Positions 13,250-25,678 of a stretch of DNA of 64,000 nucleotides are shown in pieces. Under the pieces are notes generated by a model that was not told where the DNA came from, ran no database searches, and was given only the letters and a program-made list of their open reading frames with translations. The translations under genes were made by a program, and so were the position numbers. The DNA comes from Callorhinchus milii (taxonomy: Eukaryota). Position 1 is the first letter of the stretch; each line of letters starts with the position of its first letter. The stretch is taken from the NCBI RefSeq assembly GCF_018977255.1, contig NW_024704768.1, positions 248,001 to 312,000 on the forward strand, given 5' to 3'.

Positions 13250-13697
13250 GGCCTGGGGCCGGGGGCCGAGGCCGGGGTCTGGGGGCCGGGGTCTGGGGTC
13301 GGGGGCTGTGGCCTGGGGCCGGGGCATGGGGTCGGGGGCTGTGGCCTGGGGCCTGGGGCTGGGGTCGGGGTCGGGGGCTGTGGCCTGGGGGGCCGGGGGG
13401 CGGGGGGCCCTGGGGGCTGGGGCCTGGGGGCTGGGGGCTGGGGCGGGGGCCCGGGGGGCTGGGGCCGGGGGGGCTGGGGCCGGGGGCTGGGGCTGGGGCG
13501 GGGGGCCGGGGGCTGGGGCCGGGGGGCTGGGGGGCTGGGGCCGGGGGCTGTGGCCTGGGGCCTGTGGCCTGGGGCCGGGGGTCGGGACCGGGGGTCGGGG
13601 GGGCCGGGGGGCTGGGGCCTGGGGGCCGGGGGGCGGGGGGCTGGGGCGGGGGGGCTGGGGCGGGGGGCTGGGGGCTGGGGCCGGGGGGCCTGGGGGC
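13250..13697 (+). repeat. G-rich (GGGGCT/GGGGCC)-type array in RNF41 intron 1
   Basis: About 450 bp of G4-G7 runs separated by CT/CC/TC. Confidence 0.9.
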
Positions 13698-13946
13698 TAT
13701 CAGAGCATTTCACCCACAGGATGTGCTTCTGAGAGGATTCTCAAAGCGCTGATGAGATTCACTGTAAAGTGTAATGGGGATCACTGAGATGTGGGATGAT
13801 TTGTTTCACTCACAAAACACACAGTCACTACACTTTACAGTTTATTCCTTGAAGAGTTTTGAGATGTCTCGATGATGTGATGAGGCTCTGCATCAAATGC
13901 AAGGTTCGTTCTTATTAAGATTTGAGGCTGTTGGATCGGTGAAGGT

Positions 13947-14230
13947 TTGCAAGTGAGAGACCTGAGTTCAATTCCAGGCAGAGGGCGAAACCTTGGGCAA
14001 GTTTCCTTACTCCACACAGAGCCTAATAATAATCCTCCAAAAACAATAACAATAATAAATTGGTCATTTTCAATCTACGACTGTTTGTGGGACATTGCTG
14101 TGCGCAATTGGCTGCCGCGTTCGCCCACAAATATACAGTCAATTCACTTTACAGTGTGTTCTGTGAAGCGCTTTGGGACGTCCTCCCGACGTGAAAAGCG
14201 CTATATCAAATGCAACGATTATTATTATTA
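13947..14230 (+). mobile_element. Young SINE copy
   Basis: Near-identical to copies at 10725-10925, 27490-27695(-), 31319-31657 and 43788-44037(-). Confidence 0.9.
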
Positions 14231-16964
14231 TGTGTAAATGGGGTTTTGAGGGGAGGAGAGGAGCAAAGTTTGAGGAGAGAATCTGAGGGATGGAACATGA
14301 AAGCAACAAGCAATAGATCAGAGTAGTCAATGGTGTGACCGGCTGGGGTTGGGGGGAAACGATGGCTATTAGTTATGTACATTCATATAATAATCCTTGT
14401 ATTTGATATTGCGCCTTATCATCTTATTGAAATATCTCACAGCGCTTCACAAACTGGTATTTTGTGGGTGAAATTAATACAGCATCGTGTGTTTGAAAAA
14501 AAAGCTTTGTAGAATGAGATCCCTGGGATGGGGCTTTAGCCAGGGTTGTGGTCACCGGGGATTACAAGGGGCTTTCTCCTCTCTGAGGCAGGAATTGGTT
14601 GAAATATTACTTAAATTTTGGTGAGGATCTCGTTGTCCTGGAAACAATGACATTTTCTCTGATGCCATAAACGCTACATGTTTGTGGTATCAATAAACTG
14701 TGCCCAGTGCTGCTGCACTGGGGCTGATTGGGTTGCTGCTTAAATTGTATGAAACAGCTCAATCAGTGCCTTGGGTTTCAGTCCTAAGGAAGTTGTACAT
14801 TGTTAAATCTCTGCTCTGTTGAGTTTCAGATGTATTTTTTCCACTCTCGCTTTCTGTAAATGTATGAATCGCATGGACTGAAAAATCAATTAGTTCAATA
14901 CTGTGGGAAGAAAACTTTGCTTGAACTGTGTTTCTCTGTAAAGATCAAGGGTTGTGAATATTTAATATCTTGGGGATTGTGTTGTGCCTCCAGTGGTCCT
15001 GATGCTGTGGTGGTTCATTGTAATTCCTTTGTTAGTGCAGAAACTCCTACACAATATGCTCGCTGCCACACGCCCGAGCTGTCTCACTGTCCCTCCAATC
15101 TCTGGAACACTCCAAATTCCTTTTGCTCTGTCTGGTCTTTCTATCCCAGCTTGTAAAACCTCCTTATATGCCAAGCCTTTGGTCAACACCCATGGAACTC
15201 CCTCCTTCCCCTCTCCCCGGCTCGGAGATCTCCAGCGTCCCAGCGTTTTGAGATGCTGCCCTACACGAAAGATGCTTTGTGAGTGCAAGTTGTCAATGTT
15301 GCTCCATTTTTGTTTCAATCTAAATATTCTTTGCAACGATGACTTCTTTGCAGAGAATAGGTTGTACTAAATTGTCTGTTTCTGCTTAATTCAGTTAGCA
15401 GCTTGGCCCAGTTAGCAAATGGGTTGTGAGTGAGTGCAGAGACTTGTCACACTGTGCCTGTATGCGGTCAGTTTGAGATGAGGGGAAAGTGTGCTATTCC
15501 ATGTAACTGGATTCCACTGTCATCTGGAAATCAAACGTAGCTCAGCTTTCAGGCTGAGTGACCTGTGTTGCTGTGGAAATCAACAACCTGGGTTTATATA
15601 GCGCTTCTGCCTCTCCATGAGATGAACATCTGTGTAAGTGTTTCACAGGGACTCTGGGGTGGAGGGGAATTTAAGGTTGCTGATCAATGATTGTCAGACA
15701 GAGATGTTTTGATGTCGGGGGAGAGTAGTAACAAGGTGAAGAGATTTTGGGGATAATTCCAGAGGGAGCTCTTGCTTGCATTCCTCTGGATTTCCAGTGT
15801 TGCCATCATTCCTCCAACTTCGCTGCAACACTGTGTTGTTGTGTGTTTGTGGTCTCAGTCCTTGTGTTCTGAGCAAGTCGGAATTATTAAATCAATGTTC
15901 AATCTGTCTTCTGCTAGACAGCAAAATGCTCTTATTATCCGACCCCCCGCCCCATCCCCACATGTGATTTTGAAGTACTTCTGTTCCTTTTATGAGAATT
16001 ATTTAATGCACAGACTAGAATATCACCAGTGGCTTTATTTGTTTTGCCACTAAACAAAGTGGTAGATATGCAAAACAGTTTCTAAATTTGTATCATATAC
16101 AAATTATAATTTTCACTGTGCAGATGTCAGTTAGATAAATTTTTTCCCATTTATTCTGGTTCATATTCACTTCTGATCCAAATTCACTGAATTGAAGAGA
16201 ATCTCATCTTTTTCCAACAGCCCAAGATATTTAACATCCACCTGAAAAGACACAGATGAGGTTTAACGTTTCATCCTAAGGACGTCGCCTTTCGACAATA
16301 CGCCGCTCTCCTGCCCCCACATTACTGCTCTGGAGCGTGAGCCTGGACGGTGAACTCCAAGTCCCATTGGGTAACTTGAATCTACAACCTTCTGATAGAG
16401 AAAAAATGGCACCGAGGACCAGTTTTGTTGTGTTTGGGAGGTGTAATAAAATTAATAAATATTAATCCTGGCTTTTAGTACAGTGCCTAAGAAGCCTGTA
16501 TGGTAGTGGTTAGAGCACTCACCTCGCAAGCGAGAGGACTTGGGTTTGATTCCTGGGAAGGGTAAAACATTAGACAAGTTTACTTACTCCAGACAAAATG
16601 CCACAGTTTACCTAGCAGTAAGCAGAAACCCAGTTGTTAGTTGCTTTTCCCGGGGAAATAATCCCTTCAAATTAAAAAAAAGATAATAATTTGGTCGCTC
16701 AATCCACGACTATTTGTGGGACACTGCTGTGGCAATTGGTTGCCATGTTTCACCCACAAAATCCACTATACAGTATATTCTGTGAAGCACTTTGAAATGT
16801 CTGAAAGACGTGATAAGGACATACATCAAGTGTAAATCAAATGCAAGGATTATTATTATTGTATGTCAGAAGGACATCCCAAAGCGTGTCACAGGAGTTA
16901 TTGTAAAGTTGAAGCCGGTGGTGTTTAGTACGGCCTTTGTTAACTCATTTACAGAAGGACATTT

Positions 16965-17555
16965 ATAACAACAACAGCAAGATTCCATTTATAAAGCGCC
17001 TTTCACGTCAGGAGGACGTCCCAAGGCGCTGCACAGTTGGGTAATGACCCGAGCATTGGGGGGAAATGGTCAGGGTGAGGGGAGGGAAGGGAGGGAGCGA
17101 GGAGGGGGTAGAGAGTCGAGAGGGGAGCTGAAGGCACGGTCAAAGAGAAAGGTTTTGAGACCGGCCTTGAAGGAGGAGAGGGAGGAAGCGGCGAAGGCAC
17201 TGGGGGATGGAGTTCCAGAGCCTGGGGGCTGAGAGGCTGAAGGCCCGACCACCGATGGTAGGGCGGTTGGGGCGGGGGACGTGGAGCAGACCGGAGCCAG
17301 AGGAACGGAGGGTAGGGGGAGGTAGGTAGGGGGATAGTAGGTTGGAGAGGTAGGAGGGAGCAAGGCCGTGAATGGCCTTGTAGGTGAGGATGAGGATCTT
17401 GAAATCAATCCTCTGGGGGATGGGGAGCCAGTGGAGGCGAGCGAGGGTGGGAGTGATGTGGTCGCGAAGCCTGGTGCGGGACAGTACACGAGCTGCAGAG
17501 TTCTGAATGACCTGCAGCTTGTGGAGGGAGGTGGCGGGAAGGCCGGCGAGGAGAG
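16965..17555 (-). mobile_element. Young L2 LINE 3' fragment
   Basis: Open LQVIQNSAARVLSRTRLRDHITPTLARLHWLPIPQRIDFKIL; tail at 16965. Confidence 0.92.
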
Positions 17556-17764
17556 AAACCAACCTATAAAATCAACGCAGCACATTACAAAGAGAGCTCC
17601 TCATTTTCACCCACCCATAAAGTTGGCCACAGCAAAAAAGTGTGTTTTTTAAAGAGAGGAATTCCTGTCAAGTGTAGTGACTGTTTGTGTAGGTTGTTGC
17701 ACTAACATGTCATTGATGTTTTTGTGTGGCAGGAAGGAAGGCCTTGGCTGTCGCAGTATGAGCC

Positions 17765-17854
17765 ATGGGCTACGACGTCAATCGGTTTCAGGGCGAGGTG
17801 GACGAGGACCTGATCTGCCCTATTTGTAGCGGAGTTCTGGAGGAACCTGTGCAG
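17765..17854 (+). CDS. RNF41: RNF41 (NRDP1 E3 ligase) coding exon 1
   Basis: MGYDVNRFQGEVDEDLICPICSGVLEEPVQ; acceptor at 17732, donor gtaaga; start of RING. Confidence 0.97.
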
Positions 17855-19159
17855 GTAAGAGGAACACACAAGGAAGGCCACAGAGAATGCTGGTGGGAAT
17901 CTTATTCAGCGCAGCAGCCTATCCAGCTTGCTCTACCCGTTCAGTACATCACGTTAGATCTATTAAACTCATTTTGATCCTATTTCCCTGCCTATTCTCC
18001 ACACGCCTTTAATATTCCTACCTCCCCAGCATCTATCATCCTTTTAAACATCCCTCTGATTTGGCCTCTGGAGTGATGTGTCACAGTCCCTGCGGTGTGA
18101 GTGCAAGGCAATTGTTCATGAAACAACAGACTTGCACAACAAAAGTGAATGATGATGTGAAGTCCTGTAGCTCAGTGCGCACTTGTGTCACAAACGAGGG
18201 GGACCTGGGTTTGATTCCCAGACAGGGTGATACATTAGGCAAGTTTCCTTATTCCACACGCCTCGGTTTACCTAGCAGTAATTAGGAACCCGATTCTTAG
18301 TCCATTGGCAGATCACTTTTCCGGGGATAATAATTCCTTCAAAACCATAAATATATTTAGAAAAATAATAATAATTTGGTCACTCAATCCACAACTGTTT
18401 GTGGAACACTGCTGAGCACAATTGGCTGCCATGGTTTGTCCACTATACAGTCACTACACTTTGCAGTATAATTTGTGAAACGCTTTGAAACGTCACGAAG
18501 ATGTGATAAGGCGCTGTATCAAATGCAAGGATTATTATTATCCAGTCTTGTACTCTGTGTTTTCTGAGCAAACGGACAAAAGTTACGGTGCTGTGGGGGT
18601 TGGGGTATAGGCAGATTATTATAGGGCAGAAAAGGCACGATATGAGATTAAAAGCTTTGCAAAAAAATGATCTGCTCTGATCTAATAAGCCGGTTAATGG
18701 GCTGAATGGCCTCTTTCTATCCTCTCGCACCCTTCCTCACCCACTACCCATCCCTGCGTTGTGTTTCCCTCTCCACTGCAGAGTTCTGTGTGTCCATGTA
18801 ATCCAAAGATTGAGATTGAGAGGTGAGCACCAGTGCAGATCGCACTATGTGAGATTGTTGCAGTTGCATAATATTGACCTCTGCAGAGCCTCCTCTCTCT
18901 CCTGCACCAGAAACTGATCTGTATTCGGTGGGGGGTGGGGGGGGAGTGTGAGTGGAGAGGGTGCAAGGTTTGTAAACAATGTGTTTAAATCAAACAAATG
19001 ATTCACTGCTGCAATTAAACAAATCGCCATTGATCAGAGCCGAGTTAAACCCGGACACTGAACCTCCTGTGCCGCAGAAATGCCTTTCAAAAATAGCCCC
19101 AGAGATGGGGCTTCTGAAAGGTTTAACAGGTGTCTGTCTCTGTCCAGCACTTAATTAAC

Positions 19160-19640
19160 CCGCTCTCTCCCCCCCACCCCCACCGCTCTCCCCCCCCCCC
19201 CCCGCTCTCCCCCCCGCTCTCCCCGCCCCCCCCCCCCGCTCTCCCCGCCCCCACCGCTCTCCCCCCCGCTCTCCCCGCCCCCCCGCTCTCCCGCCCTCCC
19301 CTTCCCGCTCTCCCCGCCCCCCTCCCGCTCTCCCCTCCCCCCGCTCTCCCCGCCCCCCACCCGCGCTCCCCCCCCCCCACCGCTCTCCCCGCCCCCACCG
19401 CTCTCCCCCGCCCCCCCCCGCTCTCCTCTCCCCCCGCTCTCCCCGCCCCCCTCCCGCTCTCCCCACCACCCCCCAACCGCTCTCCCCCCCCACCCACTCT
19501 CCCCGCCCCCCCTCCTGCTCTCCTCTCCCCCCCGCTCTCCCCGCCCCCCTCCTGCTCTCCCCGCCCCCCCCCCGCTCTCCTCTCCCCCCGCACTCCCCGC
19601 CCCCGCTCTCCCCGCCCCCCCCTCCCTGCTCTCTCTCTCT
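19160..19640 (+). repeat. C-rich (CCCGCTCTCCC)-type minisatellite
   Basis: About 480 bp, degenerate units. Confidence 0.9.
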
Positions 19641-20285
19641 CAATGCGTTAGCTGTGCAGCTTTAAGAGTTTTATGGGCTAGTGCTGAGCTGAAGGGTGTT
19701 TTGATACTGATTACATCACCAGCACTGGCCGCCTGACAGTGCCGCAGTCTTCCTGCCTTAACCTTCCGGTTACATTGAACAAGTTGCACCGAGTGAGCGC
19801 GAGGCCGACTCCTTCCCCTGAGCAGAGCGTGTGTCGTGAGGAGGGGCTGTGGCCCTCACTCTCACAGCCACTGTTGTCTGCAGCCAAACAAACACAGCTC
19901 CAGCTGAGGGTTTACAAGAAAATCTGCTTTGGATTTAAATTGATCAAATCTTCTGATTTCAGCATTTGGGGGGCTGGGGGAGGGCCGTGACGGGGGGTGT
20001 TTGTTTGTTGCTATTTCTATGTCTCGCTCTGGTGTGTTCATCGCTCTGTCTCTCTGTTTTTCTCTCTCTCTATCTGTGGACATGTCTTTGTTTTTCTCTC
20101 TTTCCCACTAATCTATATATGTGAGTGTGTGTGTCTCTCCCTCTCTCTTTGTTCCTTGTCTTTCTGTCGCAAGTGTGTGTCTCTCTCTGTCTATCTTGGT
20201 GTGTGTGGGTGAACGTCTCCCCCTCTGTATGTCTTGGTGTCTGTGAGTGTGTGTGTGTCTCTCTCTCTCCCCCCCTCTGTCTGTC

Positions 20286-20318
<33 letters not shown>

Positions 20319-20353
20319 CTCTGGCTGATACCAGCTGTGTTATTCCCTCACAG

Positions 20354-20625
20354 GCTCCGCACTGTGAACATGCTTTCTGCAACGCCTGCATCACGCAGTG
20401 GTTCTCTCAGCAGCAGACGTGTCCTGTGGACCGTAGTGTAGTGACTCTTGCCCACCTGCGGCCCGTGCCCCGTATCATGCGAAACATGTTGTCCAAGCTG
20501 CAGATCACCTGCGACAACGCCAGCTTCGGCTGCACCGCGGTGGTGCGGCTGGACCAGCTCGTGTCTCACCTGAACGACTGCGAACACAACCCCAAGCGGC
20601 CGGTCACGTGTGAGCAGGGCTGTGG
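20354..20625 (+). CDS. RNF41: RNF41 coding exon 2
   Basis: APHCEHAFCNACITQW...CEHNPKRPVTCEQGCG; RING and zinc finger; 272 nt. Confidence 0.97.
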
Positions 20626-21067
20626 GTGAGTGTGCGCTGAGGGCAGCCAGTCACTAGCTAACCAGCAGCATCCGGGCAACACCTATGTCGCTCTCAAAGC
20701 GCTTCACAAGCAATTGCTGTCAAATGGAGTGACTGTCAGTGTGGACGAACATGACAGTGAGGTCCCAAAACAGCCAAAGGTAAATGATGCTGAGGATTGT
20801 CAGCCAGGACACCAGGGGGAGGAATTCTCCCCATCTCCCTTCAAAATAGTCGCACAATCCATTTGTAACGTTCACTTGTAACGTTATCCCAGCTTAACAT
20901 CACTGACGACGTGAACATGTACAGTGTCTATTGTGGGATGTGACGTGTCAAACGACTGCTACAATAGTGGGAGGGGAACTGGATGGACTTTTACGAAGCA
21001 AATGCTTATGTTGTTACAGTGTGGGGTTTATGATAGCGTGGGTACTTATTCTCGCTCTGATTTTTAG

Positions 21068-21203
21068 ACTGGAAATGCCCAAAGACGAGTTACCGAATCA
21101 CAACTGCATCAAACACCTGCGAACAATGGTACTCCAGCAACAGGGCAAGATCGCGGAGCTGGAGAAGACCACAGCCGAACACAAGCACCAGCTGTCTGAG
21201 CAG
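21068..21203 (+). CDS. RNF41: RNF41 coding exon 3
   Basis: LEMPKDELPNHNCIKHLR...HKHQLSEQ; 136 nt. Confidence 0.96.
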
Positions 21204-21261
21204 GTTAGTGACCCACACACTGGCCATCCCCAAACACCAGCTGCCACAGCACATTCCCAAA

Positions 21262-22070
21262 CACTGTGCCACAGCACAGTCCCTAACACTGTGCCACAGC
21301 ACAGCCCCTAACACTGTGCCACAGCACAGCCCCTAACACTGTGCCACAGCACAGTCCCTAACACTGTGCCACAGCACAGCCCCTAACACTGTGCCACAGC
21401 ACAGTCCCTAACACTGTGCCACAGCACAGCCCCTAACACTGTGCCACAGCACAGCCCCTAACACTGTGCCACAGCACAGCCCCTAACACTGTGCCACAGC
21501 ACAGCCCCTAACACTGTGCCACAGCACAGCCCCTAACACTGTGCCACAGCACAGCCCCTAACACTGTGCCACAGCACAGCCCCTAACACTGTGCCACAGC
21601 ACAGCCCCTAACACTGTGCCACAGCACAGCCCCTAACACTGTGCCACAGCACAGTCCCTAACACTGTGCCACAGCACAGCCCCTAACACTGTGCCACAGC
21701 ACAGCCCCTAACACTGTGCCACAGCACAGCCCCTAACACTGTGCCACAGCACAGCCCCTAACACTGTGCCACAGCACAGTCCCTAACACTGTGCCACAGC
21801 ACAGTCCCTAACACTGTGCCACAGCACAGTCCCTAACACTGTGCCACAGCACAGTCCCTAACACTGTGCCACAGCACAGCCCCTAACACTGTGCCACAGC
21901 ACAGTCCCTAACACTGTGCCACAGCACAGCCCCTAACACTGTGCCACAGCACAGCCCCTAACACTGTGCCACAGCACAGCCCCTAACACTGTGCCACAGC
22001 ACAGCCCCTAACACGGTACCGCTGGACATCCCTTACCGCTGAGCCACAGCACAGCCCCTAACACTGTCTC
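21262..22070 (+). repeat. 25-bp minisatellite ACACTGTGCCACAGCACAG(C/T)CCCTA, about 32 copies
   Basis: Highly homogeneous, with a single C/T variant position. Confidence 0.95.
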
Positions 22071-22350
22071 AGCCCAGACTGAGCTAGTCAGCCCAGCAGC
22101 CTGTTGTTCCGCCAGTTTAATGGATCTGGATGACTGGTCCTTTCTCTCTCCCTCTCTCTATCTCTCTCTCTCTCCCTCGTTTATCTCTCTCTCGCTCTCT
22201 CTCATTCAGAAATCGCAGTTGATTATCTGCCGTTCTCAGTTCTCACTCACTCCTGGATCTCCAGCGAGAGAGAGAGTGAGAAAGTGAAAAAAGGAGAGAT
22301 GTTTTCCAGAGGGGGGGAATGGATTTAACGAGGTTCTGTTTCCTCGACAG

Positions 22351-22454
22351 AAGCGAGACATTCAGCTGCTGAAAGCCTACATGCGTGCAATCCGCAGCGC
22401 CAACCCCAACCTGCAGAATCTGGAGGAGACCATCGAGTACAACGAGATCTTGGA
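22351..22454 (+). CDS. RNF41: RNF41 coding exon 4
   Basis: KRDIQLLKAYMRAIRSANPNLQNLEETIEYNEILE; 104 nt; read manually. Confidence 0.96.
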
Positions 22455-22547
22455 GTGAGTTTAGTCAGTTTATCTTCCAGCTCCTTACACATCCAACTTC
22501 AGACAACCAGGCACCAACCATTATACACAAAGGAAAAGAACTGTAGA

Positions 22548-22745
22548 GGCTGCAAATCTGAAATACAAACAGAAGTCGCTGGGAACACGCAGCAGGTCAG
22601 GCAGCATCTATGGAGAGAGGAAAGTGAGTTAACGTTTCAGGTCGGAGACAAAAGGTCATCGACCTGAAACATTAACTCACTTTCCTCTCTCTATAGATGC
22701 TGCCTGATCTGCTGCGTGTTCCCAGTGACGTCTATTTTTATTACT
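22548..22745. mobile_element. Penelope-type fold-back element in an RNF41 intron
   Basis: About 85-bp inverted arms, same family as 8940-9130. Confidence 0.72.
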
Positions 22746-23414
22746 GCAACGCTAAATACAACTGTAGGGAATTGGCTTCTGAGTTTAATAATTTATTGTT
22801 GATCATAATTGATTATTAAAGTAATGCAGTTGTTATTCGAGATAAATTACACGAATAAGCAAATTGTATAATTGATTGTTAGAATAATTTGATCATTTGA
22901 TTGAACAATGATTCCAAATCTTCACCTGCTATTAAGACGAGGCTGAGATCAGGAGAAGTCGCGATCATCCTGGAGCCGAATGCATTCAGAATCATCACAA
23001 TGATTATAATGAAGAATAATCCTGGCATTTAATGTAGTGCCTCGCATGTCGGGAAGAAACCTCAGAGCATCTTGCAGGATTTATTGTGTTTGCAGAATGA
23101 TAATAATCCTTGCATTTGACATAGTTGCCTTATCACGTCTTCGAGATGTCTCAAAGTGCTTCACAGAATATACTGTAACGTGAACTGACTGTATATTTGT
23201 GGGCGAAACACGGCAGCCAATTGCACACAGCAGCGTCCCACAAACAGTCGAATTATTACCTGTAGAAAACTGTAACTTGCCAGAGCAGAAGGCTATTTCC
23301 TGGAGCGCTCCCTTGCATCTTCTTATTGATCTTGGCTATTTCTCGGGGGTTTATCCAACATTTATTGTGATGTAAACTGAGCTAATTATTTGCCTTTTAA
23401 ATTGTCTCTTCCAG

Positions 23415-23769
23415 GTGGGTCAACTCTTTGCAGCCCGCCCGTGTGACCCGCTGGGGAGGGATGATTTCCACACCGGACGCGGTGCTCCAGGCCGTCATTA
23501 AACGCTCCCTGATCGACAGCGGCTGCCCCATGTCCATCGTCAACGACCTGATCGAGAACGCACACGAGAGGAACTGGCCGCAGGGTCTGGCCACGCTGGA
23601 GACGCGGCAAATGAACCGCAGATACTATGAGAACTATGTGGCCAAGCGGATCCCGGGGAAACAGGCTGTGGTGGTGATGGCGTGTGAGAATCAGCACATG
23701 GGAGATGACATGATCCTGGAGCCCGGGCTTGTCATGATCTTTGCTCACGGAGTAGAGGAAATCTTTTAA
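23415..23769 (+). CDS. RNF41: RNF41 last coding exon (USP8-interacting domain)
   Basis: WVNSLQPARVTRWGGMISTPD...AHGVEEIF-TAA; total CDS 957 nt = 318 aa. Confidence 0.97.
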
Positions 23770-23930
23770 ACAACACGGAGCGCGTGAACCAGTGGCAGAA
23801 ACCTTCTGCGATCGAGTTTCTAACCTGGGAAGAGAGCAGACATGGACATTGCATCAGTGTGTGGTGCAGCGTGTGGGACACAGACTGAGCCCGCGCCTCA
23901 CTGACTGTGTGTGACACAGCGACCCTGAGG

Positions 23931-23977
<47 letters not shown>

Positions 23978-25678
23978 TGTCAGCGCCACCAGCTCTCAGG
24001 CCAGGAAACCACGTGCACATTTCTATTTATTCCTCCCAACGCAAGACTGAAGAGCAGAAAAATGGGATTTTATTTGCCGTTTCAGAACTCCACAGCCACA
24101 CCTGGAGGCCAGCGACATGTCGTCACCTTGGCTGTGGTCTTGAGTTCTGTTTCTGTGTGTGTGTGTCTGTCTGTCTCTCTGTCTGTCTGTGTGTTTTGTC
24201 TTTTTTTATTTTAACCAGAAAACTGTAAAGACAATATTTATATTGTGATGGGTGCTGTGAGTTACACTGTGAGAACAGAGGTGGTGTTTCCTGTGAGATT
24301 TTTTGTTTCTGTTCCAACAGCAGACCTGACAGTCAAACCTCGGACTCCAACCCACTCCCCCCCACCTCGCCCTCCCCGCACACCCCTCCCCCCCCCACAC
24401 ATTGCAAATGTTGTGATATGGTCATTAGTGGCTTAATGTCCACTGGAGTACATGGGGATTGGCTGGGACTGGGCTGCGACAATGTCTATTGATTCAGGCA
24501 ATGGTCTTAACTCTTTATGCAAAACGTGAGCTTGAGTGTGAGTGTATGTGAGTGTGAATGTGAGTGTGAGTGACACCATTTTAAGCTGCAGGTGCCTCAC
24601 AGCCAATACCTGTGTCTTAAGACGGTGGCCAGATAATGAATGAGTAAAAGTTTTTTTTAAATGGAAAGAAAAACCCAAGTGTACAGTGCAGGGCATTAGG
24701 GATTTCTCTCCTGATTGTCGACAAGACTCGATGTCGATTGTTTAAGAAAATTCACTTTGACCTAAATCCTGAGCGTTTGGGATTTGCCTTAAAATGGAAT
24801 TGGCGACTGAGAGTGGGGGCAGGGAGAGAGCCCCCGTCACGACACTCGTGGGAGGGAAATACAGAGAGAAGCATTCAGCAGAGATTTCAAATGGTTTTGG
24901 TGGTTTGTTTAATGTTCAGCACAAGCAACAAACCATTGGGCATCTTTGCTGAGATTTCTGCTGTTCTGGCCGCTTGTCAGACTCACTGGCCTCACCGTCC
25001 GCCTCACTCCGTCCGTCGTCCGTCCCCAGGCTCCATTGTATCACCATTTGCCAATCTCTCCCATTAACCCCCCACCCTCATCCGACACATCTCGCCCCCC
25101 CGGAGAGGGCGGAGTATCTACAGCAAGGGGACATGGTGGTCTCTAATGCCCCCCCCACCATTGTTACTGCTGCCTCACACCCCTCTCATTTGTATCTCAC
25201 TGCTACACGAACTGGTGGACAGTGAGTGTTGGTGGGAGGGGTTTGTGTCTGTGAGCTGAGGGGGGGGTGACTTTGCTGTGCTGGTTCTCGCGCTGTGATC
25301 ACTGACTGAGTTCTGGAGTTTCTCTGCTTTTTGTAGAGTTTCCTCTACAGTAAAATAGTAACAACACCTCCACCGTTTCCACTGCACACACTGACGCCAT
25401 CTACCAGCAGTTACCGCAACGCACACTCTGGGGTCCCCAAGCCCTGGCTCTTGCCAACCTGCACCTAATACTCTCCGGAATTAGGTAAGGAGGACACATC
25501 CCTCCAGGGAGAGCGCATTCCGTTCCAACAATGTATCGCTGGGATTTCCACGTGTAGGTGGGATGTGGGGAAATCTCAGTGGTTTGGAGACTCTTAAGCA
25601 ACAGTGATGGTTTCCACAGACATCCGGCTGAGCAAAATCAACCTTAACGTGATTATGAGCTGAATGGCTGCCTCCTCC

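Noticed and set aside
14860-15370. Overlapping 98-128 aa ORFs in RNF41 intron 1
   Set aside because: No recognisable homology or clear exon boundaries; could be 5' UTR exon sequence but unsupported.
21262-22070. CRISPR-like regular array
   Set aside because: Head-to-tail units with no unique spacers, in a vertebrate intron; a minisatellite.
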